Shown: positions 20,501 to 28,380 of the stretch, one piece after another
Layout of the letters: each line of letters starts with the position of its first letter
How positions within the stretch are numbered: the first letter of the stretch is position 1
Assembly: GCA_030672305.1 (NCBI GenBank)
Contig: DAOVGR010000050.1
Location: forward strand, 32,302-96,301
Reading direction: 5' to 3'
Length of the DNA stretch: 64,000 nt
From: Thermoplasmatales archaeon
GTDB taxonomy: Archaea > Thermoplasmatota > E2 > DHVEG-1
The notes under the pieces: model-generated
The model's input: only the letters and a program-made list of their open reading frames with translations
Told to the model about the DNA's origin: nothing
Database searches by the model: none
Translations under genes and position numbers: made by a program

Positions 20501-20996
20501 AGGAAATACTTCTGATCCTCATTTAGAAACTTCAACAAAATTATTCATGATGCCTACAGAAATGACTACCTTAACTTCAAATAACAATTTAACTGCTGGA
20601 GAGGCATCAATACTTGATGAAAAATATACATTTGTTGTTGATCTTTTACCTTTGAGTATTATTGCTGGTATTTTGTGTTTATTGGTACCAATTATTTTAA
20701 AACGCTACATAAAAGGAAAACTTTCATTTTTGATTTTACTTCTTGTGTTAATTATTTTTATTGGCACAATTGTTATCTTTTCTTATGCAACGTCTGAGAT
20801 GGCAAATGCAACAGTTGGGAGTCTTTACGGAAGTGGTAATTTAGATATTAGCATTCCTGGAGAAAATAACTATGAAGTCATGTCATGCAGTTGGGGCCCT
20901 GATCTTAGTTTTTATCTATTTTTAAGCTCAATAATCATTTTAATAATAGTCCTTTGGTTGAACATTAAAAATAGAGATTATTTAATGTCTAAATAA
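17535..20996 (+). CDS. Large surface protein: signal peptide, DUF2341-like N-terminus, repeated carboxypeptidase-regulatory-like beta-sandwich domains, C-terminal multi-TM anchor
   Basis: WWNKNWSFRQEI start; repeated PG(K/N/S)Y beta-strand units; about 5 C-terminal TM helices. Confidence 0.6.
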   Translation: MSKRLIVYIILSIILLSIFIPYNSTAEEAPWWNKNWSFRQEIIIPIDTSDEYAKYQPIDIHISFNNTCWAKKEDEHSIRVIYQYGERLIELESQIYDLEFDNTEHLNSCNLVFLIPAQANGEEKYFVYYDDEAKSGPDYQKHVEIGESYYQYEPIQGLGFESSYYKITEGEEIIYAVNKEGTVLGDKISQQVTRLKKGAKDILPHNSDQIASFDFNYWWFKDGDWCSISTSDRFISKQLFVNGNLMVKFGIVSESENALLRSTVIYKYYYCPTEDKRLYTHVKHEVIGYPLPRGEEIDVAYIILSCGGIKSSIIDELDFGEIPPYLHFYSDEERVKSHNFDQYPDYSNWQAIIHKSDDYDLGSSPWISVDYGETGKAHGIILDSTNILKSGTDERDGIELQLYEAKQIQYPGLEGSFAQLYIMRNAFEQGEPQDEIIPENYVVEFNAEYFTTENGGYPVVEKESSIYQKLISYQPENDDVVDEEEDAEKYNLIVYPHLPRSLLFKFRLSALLLKAPQITAELVHNEESIGYGKPHRVPITEQAKIDWKNISFFRKMTFTNIPSGKYVVKIWLENAIFSDEREFIGYKIVELNKDAEARIFCKHQGKISISVINQDKNGIENVEIFLLDDDTIISEVESDNNGKAVLKAPCGLGSKYTLNTTYKGFFIDKQNIRLGRLRQFIPKRVSLSFDTHDLMINVFDSEGKAPEFSVDLSLTSDEMQVPVVIKPNSTTDGTYNFKALFPAYYFLKINYELFEIMEKINIPDLSLFEIKLYDLKAFIKDDWNLPPEAPLDVSLTSEDFEKTVVLNAKKLSSEEYLFSNIYPGNYTIKVSYKSYKREESIKIPYRGDGETQIVFSALFNITTKVLNARGDPLKDSKVLFTRGEKEIEGISNDDGNVLFSIPPGSYNSQIYSNGELIAQRRVDVFYDKDYSIVTTNEPIIPFIVIALAILFLAFAVVFAYKKKNILLFLKILAIVLAVIAIVSPWWTMQGNTSDPHLETSTKLFMMPTEMTTLTSNNNLTAGEASILDEKYTFVVDLLPLSIIAGILCLLVPIILKRYIKGKLSFLILLLVLIIFIGTIVIFSYATSEMANATVGSLYGSGNLDISIPGENNYEVMSCSWGPDLSFYLFLSSIIILIIVLWLNIKNRDYLMSK

Positions 20997-21054
20997 GAAG
21001 AAAAATATAAGTAGTTCTTCTAAATCTATAATTAAGCTATTTCAGGTATGAAGT

Positions 21055-21534
21055 ATGAGTAAGAGACCAAAAACAATATACATATTAGTTTTACTATGGA
21101 TTGCATTGAGTGGAATATTTGTCCTCTGGGGAATATATTCACTTATTATAGTTATACAAATACCTCAGTGGACTGAATTTGGAGCTTTACTTCCGCCTCT
21201 TCATTTCGGTTATTTAATTTCTACTATTGTATGGTTTGTATTTTCATCTCTTTTTGTAATATTTTCATATGCTACATTTAGAGCAGATGGTTGGGCTTGG
21301 TCAACAGGAATTATAATTTCTACAATATTTCTTATAATATTTGGTCTTATGCTTGGAGCATTTATGGTAAATGCATACCTATTTCTGGATTGGTTTTCTG
21401 TTGCAGGACTTATAACCGTTATACTTTCTTTTTTAACTGATATTGGTATTGTAATTTATCTTACAAGACCTATTACAAAACTATACTTTGCAAAAATAAA
21501 TTCAAAAAAATTAACAGAATTAACACAAGATTAA
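21055..21534 (+). CDS. Hypothetical 4-TM membrane protein
   Basis: Long hydrophobic ORF with AGGT RBS. Confidence 0.7.
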   Translation: MSKRPKTIYILVLLWIALSGIFVLWGIYSLIIVIQIPQWTEFGALLPPLHFGYLISTIVWFVFSSLFVIFSYATFRADGWAWSTGIIISTIFLIIFGLMLGAFMVNAYLFLDWFSVAGLITVILSFLTDIGIVIYLTRPITKLYFAKINSKKLTELTQD

Positions 21535-21536
21535 AA

Positions 21537-22517
21537 TTATATTGAAACGTTTATTTCATGGAGCATTTTGTTAATAATATAATTAGGTGCATCTGTAAGC
21601 ATTTTCTTATAGTCTGATTGAGGAATAAGACTGGATCTACTTAACTCCACAGCATTTTTCATATGCCTTTGAATTTCCTTGATGTAAAGCTCTCTAATTT
21701 TATCCTTGTGTTTTGAAAACTTTCTTTTAATTTCCCAATTTCTTAAGGCCTTTAGTTTAGCTGCCTTATTATCAAGTTTGTTTAGTAATGGAATAATTAC
21801 ACTGTCTATCATTTCTCCCTTTGCAAGATCAACAAGATCATCAGCTAGTTGATATGCAAGACCAATCTCTCTTCCATAATCTGCAAATACCTTTAGGATG
21901 TCTCCTGTCATGTCTGCCTCAATTGCTCCTGCTTTACATGCTGAAGAAAATAATACAGCTGTTTTTAAATCAATTATTTTGTTGTATGCTGCAAAGATTT
22001 GAGATTTTGTTGACATCTCTTTTAAACCCAAAGCATTTTTATTGAAATCTACTTCGTCCATTTCACCGCTGACAACCTTGGTCCAGGATTCAACATAAAG
22101 GCTAGCAACTTCTTTTCCATGACTTAGTGCAATATCAAATCCTTTGACAAGCATTTTGTGACCGGTTAAAATTGCTTTTCCAATACCTTGCTTTACATGG
22201 ACAGCATCTTTTCCTCTTCGCGTTGTGTCCTTATCAATTATATCATCATGAACTAGTGATGCTCCATGAGCAAGCTCAATACTAACAGAACCTTCCAATG
22301 ATCTTTGATAAAGATTATTTGTTTCTCTACCGCGAGTACATGCTTTAAATGCAAGAGCTGCTAAAAGTGATCTTAATCTTTTTCCACCATTTAAAATTGA
22401 AACAATCTCGCCGTCTAAAATAGTTGTAGTAATCTTATTTTCGATGTCAAATTTTGTAGCATCGAAGAATTCATCTAGATGGGTATATTGCTTAACCATT
22501 AATAGCCTCCCACGCAT
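21537..22517 (-). CDS. trans-Polyprenyl diphosphate synthase; likely start ATG 22499
   Basis: GGKRLR, first Asp-rich motif VHDDIID..RRG, KTA, second motif QLADDLVD; GGAGG RBS. Confidence 0.9.
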   Translation of the reverse strand: MRGRLLMVKQYTHLDEFFDATKFDIENKITTTILDGEIVSILNGGKRLRSLLAALAFKACTRGRETNNLYQRSLEGSVSIELAHGASLVHDDIIDKDTTRRGKDAVHVKQGIGKAILTGHKMLVKGFDIALSHGKEVASLYVESWTKVVSGEMDEVDFNKNALGLKEMSTKSQIFAAYNKIIDLKTAVLFSSACKAGAIEADMTGDILKVFADYGREIGLAYQLADDLVDLAKGEMIDSVIIPLLNKLDNKAAKLKALRNWEIKRKFSKHKDKIRELYIKEIQRHMKNAVELSRSSLIPQSDYKKMLTDAPNYIINKMLHEINVSI

Positions 22518-22756
22518 TATTCGGATAACCCGAACGAGTCCGTGGTATTATATTTCTTCTATTATAATTGTTGCAATTTGTATATATATAATATTTTCGT
22601 TTGTTTATCCTATTGCTTAATATATTTATCGTTAACATATGTTAATCACTTTTAAGGTTTTAAATCTTTTGTTACTAACTTATAAATATTGACTAATGTT
22701 AACATCATACATATAGTTTATCTATTTTTCTATCATATTACATTGACATTTTAGAA

Positions 22757-23365
22757 CTATATACTATGTTTGAAAGATTTTGCAATTATATAAATCTCAG
22801 AACTGCTTTTTCTTGAGGCAGGTGGAGTAAATTTCTTAACACTTCCAAATTTATTTTTAATCTCATTCATAAATCTTGGTAATTCTTCACCTTCAAACAC
22901 CTTGCATAAGAATTTACCTCCAGACTTAAGAAAAGTAGAAGCAGTAATAAGTGCTTGCTCGCATAGGAATATACTTCTAGCATGATCTACCGAATAATTT
23001 CCAGAAATGTTTGGGGACATATCTGATAAAACAGCATCAGCCTTTTTTTCCTCCATTGATTGTATTAATTCTTGTAATGATGACTCTTTAGCAATATCTC
23101 CCTGTAAAAAAGTAATTCCTCTAATTGGCTGAATTGGTGATAGATCAATTCCTAGAACTGTTCCCTTTTCTCCTACAATTTCTTTTGCAACCTGGCTCCA
23201 ACCACCAGGAGCTGCACCAAGATCTATAACAATATTTCCTTGTTTTAAAATTCTAAACCTTTTCTGAATCTGTATTAACTTAAATGCAGATCGAGATCGA
23301 TAGCCATCACGCTTTGCCTCTTTGTAAAAATATTCATTCTTTCTTTCAGAATACCATCGAGTCAT
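22757..23365 (-). CDS. rlmE: 23S rRNA 2'-O-methyltransferase RlmE/FtsJ
   Basis: YRSRSAFKL, DLGAAPGGWSQ, LSDMSP, ASRKSSSE. Confidence 0.96.
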   Translation of the reverse strand: MTRWYSERKNEYFYKEAKRDGYRSRSAFKLIQIQKRFRILKQGNIVIDLGAAPGGWSQVAKEIVGEKGTVLGIDLSPIQPIRGITFLQGDIAKESSLQELIQSMEEKKADAVLSDMSPNISGNYSVDHARSIFLCEQALITASTFLKSGGKFLCKVFEGEELPRFMNEIKNKFGSVKKFTPPASRKSSSEIYIIAKSFKHSI

Positions 23366-23370
23366 AAAAA

Positions 23371-24333
23371 TTATAGAATTATATCTATATCAAGTCTTTC
23401 AGCAAGTTCTTTGTATCTATTTCGAATTGTAACTTCAGTTACTCCAGCAACATCAGCAACTTCCCTTTGAGTTCTACGTTCACCACAAAGGATAGAGGCA
23501 ATATAAATTGAAGCAGCAGAAACACCAGTTGGTCCACGACCACTAGTAAGTTCTTTATCAGCTGCATCCTTTAAAATTTCAATAGCCTTTGATTGAACAT
23601 CACCGCTAAGTTTCAATTCACTACAGAATCTTGATATGTAATCCTGAGGTGAGGTTGGCATAAGTTTAAGTCCTAGTTCACGGGCAATAAAACGATATGT
23701 CCTACCAATTTCTTTTCTTGATACTCTTGAAGAACCAGCGATTTCATCCAGGGTTCTAGGCACATTACATTGCCTACAAGCAGCGTAAAGTGCGGCAGCG
23801 GAAACACCTTCAATGCTTCTTCCACGAATAAGGTTCTTTAATACTGCTTTTCTATAGATCATAGCAGCAGTTTCTCTTACATTTCTAGGTAGACCCATAC
23901 CAGATGCCATTCTGTCAAGTTCTGAAAGAGCAAAAGCTAAGTTTCTTTCAGTTGCATCACTAATTCTAATTCTTCGCTGCCATTTTCTTAAACGATATAG
24001 CTGAGCTCTATTTCTTGTTGGAATGGATTTTCCATAGGAATCTCGGTTTTTCCAACCTATCATTGTACTAAGACCTTTATCGTGAATTGTATATGTCATA
24101 GGAGCCCCAACACGAGCTCTTTTTTCACGTTGGTCAGAATCAAATGCTCGCCATTCAGGCCCATGATCAATAAAATCTTCATCTATAACAAGTCCACAAT
24201 CCTCGCAAACAAGTTCTGCTCTTGAATAATCCTTTGTTAAATGAGTACTACTACATTGTGGACATCTAGTAATTTCTTCTATACTTGGCTTTTCTCTTTT
24301 CTTTTTTGATGGATTTGGCATCATTTGGCGCAA
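23371..24333 (-). CDS. tfb: Transcription initiation factor IIB (TFB)
   Basis: Zn ribbon CPQC..CEDC, GPEWRAF, two cyclin repeats, [16 protein letters not shown]. Confidence 0.98.
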   Translation of the reverse strand: MRQMMPNPSKKKREKPSIEEITRCPQCSSTHLTKDYSRAELVCEDCGLVIDEDFIDHGPEWRAFDSDQREKRARVGAPMTYTIHDKGLSTMIGWKNRDSYGKSIPTRNRAQLYRLRKWQRRIRISDATERNLAFALSELDRMASGMGLPRNVRETAAMIYRKAVLKNLIRGRSIEGVSAAALYAACRQCNVPRTLDEIAGSSRVSRKEIGRTYRFIARELGLKLMPTSPQDYISRFCSELKLSGDVQSKAIEILKDAADKELTSGRGPTGVSAASIYIASILCGERRTQREVADVAGVTEVTIRNRYKELAERLDIDIIL

Positions 24334-24390
24334 TCCCCCTTATTTCTTTTTTATACTTTGCGATATAGTTTTAAGTGACAATAAAGAACT

Positions 24391-24404
24391 TATATAAATA
24401 GTTT
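24391..24404 (-). promoter_or_regulatory. Probable TATA box/BRE of tfb
   Basis: Minus strand reads AAACTATTTATATA, about 60 nt upstream of the tfb start. Confidence 0.55.
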
Positions 24405-24892
24405 ATGGTTAAAAAGGTATTGTCGAAAGGGGGTCTGTCTAAATAGACGATATACCCTGTCTAACGAGCAAAAACTAATTAGACAATAACAATAAGCCTT
24501 ATTAAACATATCATACGTAAAATTATATAAAATTTATGTCGCCAAAATTTTTCATAAAAATTGATAGAATGAGTTTTTTATCTATATTTCCATTATTGAA
24601 TATTGATTGGCATCCAGCAAAAGAACAATATGACATAAGAATATAAAAAAAATGATAATTTTATGAAAGTAATCTAACTAACTATAACCAAAGTCTTTGA
24701 TACTTATTGTCCCATAGTACAATCCCGCTTTGTATAAGCCCTCAATTTATGCTGGTTTTTTTTCCTTTTTTTTTCATTTTTTCTTTCTCCCATAAATGTA
24801 TTATTGTATCACGGTATCATGCAACATATATTCATGATTAATTGAAATTCTTATCTGTTCAAATTAAGAAAAAAGGATATTAGATCTTGTAA

Positions 24893-26266
24893 CTATTTTT
24901 TTAAAAAGGCTTTATACGCAAGATAAGAAGAATATATATCAACCTTACATGTAACTTCATATGGAGAATGCATACTCATTACGGGAGGTCCTAGATCAAT
25001 TACTTCCATACCAAGTCTTGAGAAGTATTTTGCAACAGTTCCACCACCACCAGTATCTACCCTTCCAAGTTCAGCGGCTTGCCAGGGAATTTTTTCTTTA
25101 TTAAGCAAGGTTCTAATTTCAAAAACATACTCTGCTGATGCATCATTTGCAGCATATTTACCACCATGACCAGTAAACTTAGACATAACAACTCCACATC
25201 CGAGAGTTGATGCATTTTTTAGTTCAAAAACTTCTGTATAGTTAGGCGTAACAGCAGCGTTGACATCTGCAGAAATAACCTTTGACTTAAGCATCACATC
25301 ATCAGGATCTATCTTTGGATCTAATTTCTTAATAATTGAACGTAAAAAGGTCGTTACCTGCGCAGTTGTGTTACCCTCACTTCCGATTTCTTCCTTATCA
25401 ACAAATAGCACAATAGCTGTGTATTCTGGGTTCTTCAAATCCATTATTGCTTTAAGAGAGGTGTAAGCACAAGCTCTGTCATCCTGACCATAAGCACCAA
25501 TTAGTGATCTATCAAAACCCATGTCCCTTGCCTTAAATGCAGGAACTGCTTCAAGTTCAGCAGAAATAAAATCTTCCTCAGTTATTCCATAGTCCTTATG
25601 TATTTTTTCTATAATTCCTGTCTTTATCTTTTCACTAATTTCACCTTTTACAGGTTGACTACCAACTGTAATATCCAAGCTTTCTCCAGTTATTGCATCA
25701 TCCAGTTTTTTTAAGGCCTGAACTTTATAAGCAAGATGAGGTAACAAATCAGGAACGGAAAATATTGGATCAGAATCGTCTTCACCAAGGGTGAATTCAA
25801 CTTTTTTACCATCTTTTTTTACAACAATACCATGTAATGATAAAGGAATAATAACCCAATGATATTTCTTTATTCCACCATAATAGTGAGTCTCAAAAAG
25901 AGCAACATTTGAAGAGGTATCTTCATAAAGTGGAATTTGTTTTAAATCAAGTCTAGGACAATCTATATGAGAAATAACAATACGAAGACCGCTACTGATA
26001 GGTTTTTTACCAGGAACAATTATCGCTGCTTCCTTTTCCCTGTTGATTTTAATTTTTTTCTTACCCAATTTAGCAATATCATTTATCTTCTGTATTGCTT
26101 CTCTTTCAGTTTTAGCTGAATCTAAAAATTTCTTATAATCTTCACAAAAATCAAATGCATTTTTTATTTTTGCTTTTGAAAATATCTCCCAAGCAGTTTT
26201 CTTTTTGTAAGCATATTTACTCTCTTTTTCTTTCTTTGAATCTTTCTTTGTACCTTTCTTTGCCAT
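24893..26266 (-). CDS. M18 family aminopeptidase
   Basis: HIDCPRLDLK, HYYGGIKKY, YGQDDR, DKEEIGS, SMHSPYE. Confidence 0.93.
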   Translation of the reverse strand: MAKKGTKKDSKKEKESKYAYKKKTAWEIFSKAKIKNAFDFCEDYKKFLDSAKTEREAIQKINDIAKLGKKKIKINREKEAAIIVPGKKPISSGLRIVISHIDCPRLDLKQIPLYEDTSSNVALFETHYYGGIKKYHWVIIPLSLHGIVVKKDGKKVEFTLGEDDSDPIFSVPDLLPHLAYKVQALKKLDDAITGESLDITVGSQPVKGEISEKIKTGIIEKIHKDYGITEEDFISAELEAVPAFKARDMGFDRSLIGAYGQDDRACAYTSLKAIMDLKNPEYTAIVLFVDKEEIGSEGNTTAQVTTFLRSIIKKLDPKIDPDDVMLKSKVISADVNAAVTPNYTEVFELKNASTLGCGVVMSKFTGHGGKYAANDASAEYVFEIRTLLNKEKIPWQAAELGRVDTGGGGTVAKYFSRLGMEVIDLGPPVMSMHSPYEVTCKVDIYSSYLAYKAFLKK

Positions 26267-26352
26267 TTGATATCCTCGAAAATAGGCATATGATATTCAA
26301 ATAAAAAGATAACTAAGTAAAATATTGGAAGAAAAAAGTGAATATTTTTTGT

Positions 26353-27243
26353 TTATCTTCTTATTACATAGACGAGAATTGCAACACCTGCAATAACAAT
26401 TATTACAATTAGTGCAACAAATAGAAGTATTGGTGAACCATCAGAATCATTATTTCCATTGGTAGAGTCAGAAGTAATAGTAATAGTTGTGATATTAAAA
26501 CCAATATTTTCATCATTATCAGTAACATAAAGTTCAACTTCATATTCACCAGGTTCTTCAAATGTAAATTTAGGATTTTGCTCAGTAGAATCTATTTCTA
26601 AATCATCATCAAAATGCCATTCCCAATCGTAAGGTTCTGTACCTCCAACAGCTTCACCATAAAATTGTATGGCTTCATCTACTTTTCCTTCAGTTGGACC
26701 ATCAATTGTAACATCGACTATAAGAATATTTGGATAAATATCTGTGTATTCATTCTCATCTCCAATCTTTCCCGTGTATACCATTATTGAATCATAATCT
26801 TCATCATCGCTAATTAGATCGAATTTAATAGTTAATTTTTTTGATCCAAATCCTGTAAGTGTGAAATCTATTTCCTCCTCACCTTCGTCTGTGATTACAG
26901 ATCCATATTCTTCTTCCAGTCCACCAAAATTAATATATAAAATTTGATATTCATTTTCTGAGGTAACTAATCCTATCGTAATAAAAACGCCTACTGTTTT
27001 CTGAATATTTCCTACAAATTCAATATCAATTGTAACTTGATTATCTTCCTTCTGATATGTAATCTCATCAAAATCTATATCAATAACACTTGGATCAGGT
27101 TTACCAGAACTATCAATAACATCACCAGAACCATCTGAAATTACTTTTGTTTCATCAGCTGCCATAACAGGACATGTTGCAGCAATTAAGAAACTGAAGA
27201 TTATTAAACCAACTATCAATATTTTTTTTATCATAACAATCAC
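26353..27243 (-). CDS. Acidic PKD-domain surface protein with C-terminal TM anchor
   Basis: Signal peptide; WEWHFDD..QNP..F..PGEYEV.L.VTD PKD motif; terminal TM followed by RR. Confidence 0.85.
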   Translation of the reverse strand: MIVMIKKILIVGLIIFSFLIAATCPVMAADETKVISDGSGDVIDSSGKPDPSVIDIDFDEITYQKEDNQVTIDIEFVGNIQKTVGVFITIGLVTSENEYQILYINFGGLEEEYGSVITDEGEEEIDFTLTGFGSKKLTIKFDLISDDEDYDSIMVYTGKIGDENEYTDIYPNILIVDVTIDGPTEGKVDEAIQFYGEAVGGTEPYDWEWHFDDDLEIDSTEQNPKFTFEEPGEYEVELYVTDNDENIGFNITTITITSDSTNGNNDSDGSPILLFVALIVIIVIAGVAILVYVIRR

Positions 27244-27386
27244 TTTTTCAATTTGTATAGCAACCTGCTAAACAAGACCTTCTTTATAAAATTTGTTTTC
27301 CAAATATTGTAAATAAATCATTTAATTTAGACTCCGATCTAATATAAATGGTTAATACTGATTAAATTTCATTTTCTAAATAACAA

Positions 27387-27707
27387 CTATTTCAATTTCT
27401 TTTTAAGGCCTTGTACTGTTGTTGAAAAATCATCCAATGTAGATTCTAGAGTACCTAACACATCATGTATTCTATCCGTAATGACGGCTCCATGACGTGA
27501 AGGAGAAATTAAACCGTCTTTCTCAAGAGTTCTCAAAGAATATCTAATCATATGTTGTGGTTGTCCAGTCATTTGAGATAATTTTATAATTCCTATAGGG
27601 CCATGTTCTTGAACATTTTTTAAAACATCCAAATGTCTACTAAGTAGATCTAGCTCCTTTTCAGCTACACTAGTTATACTTCTCTTATTATTGACTGCCT
27701 CACCCAA
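27387..27707 (-). CDS. Winged-helix transcriptional regulator (COG3388-like)
   Basis: RH.DVL..GPIGIIKLS..H.IRYSLR.LE..GLI.PS..GA; AGGAGGTG RBS before TTG. Confidence 0.75.
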   Translation of the reverse strand: MGEAVNNKRSITSVAEKELDLLSRHLDVLKNVQEHGPIGIIKLSQMTGQPQHMIRYSLRTLEKDGLISPSRHGAVITDRIHDVLGTLESTLDDFSTTVQGLKKKLK

Positions 27708-27845
27708 TAAAACACCTCCTGTTAAATGTTAACATAATACAGTACTAATATATATTTTTTACTAATACTTGGTTTAAAACAATAAAAAATAATAAAATTC
27801 AGGAAAAGAAAAAATATAAGACACATAATTGGCATTCAGTATTTC

Positions 27846-28094
27846 ATGGCTACAGGATTCGCACTTTTATCAATAAGCCCATTACACGAGAAAGAAGTGT
27901 TTAATGCTCTAAATAGTATCACTGAGATAGCTGAGGTTCATCCTCTATTTGGAGAATATGATATTCTTGTAAAAATAAGCTGCTCAGAAATAGACGAGAT
28001 TGGAGATATAGTAATTAAAAAAATTAGAGCTCTTAGAGGAATCGTTGATACTAAAACACTTATTGGAACAAGAAGTTTAGAAGGATTTCAATAA
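27846..28094 (+). CDS. Stand-alone Lrp/AsnC ligand-binding (RAM) domain protein
   Basis: EVHPLFGEYDILVKI, IRALRGIVDTKTL; no HTH. Confidence 0.88.
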   Translation: MATGFALLSISPLHEKEVFNALNSITEIAEVHPLFGEYDILVKISCSEIDEIGDIVIKKIRALRGIVDTKTLIGTRSLEGFQ

Positions 28095-28380
28095 ATTTAC
28101 TATTGTTTTCTCTGTTGCCGGGCGAGGTATCTAAATCTATTTTCGACCATAAAAACATGGGCAATAAATCTAATCTCGTATCTTTCTTCTTCGCTCGATA
28201 CTTGCCCTACAATCAACATTCATTTACCTTCCATTTAGCTCATGTTAATTGATAACATGAAACTCTATATTATTATATCTAATTCGTTAATATATATAGA
28301 TTTCTATTTTTTCAAAAATATTATATAATTAAAATTTAGTAATTGAATTTATATATTATGTAAATCAATATAAGATAACA

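Noticed and set aside
24705-24793. Short Lys-rich minus-strand ORFs (about 29 and 11 codons) downstream of the M18 peptidase
   Set aside because: They run through poly-A/T tracts and have no motif; cannot be told from chance.
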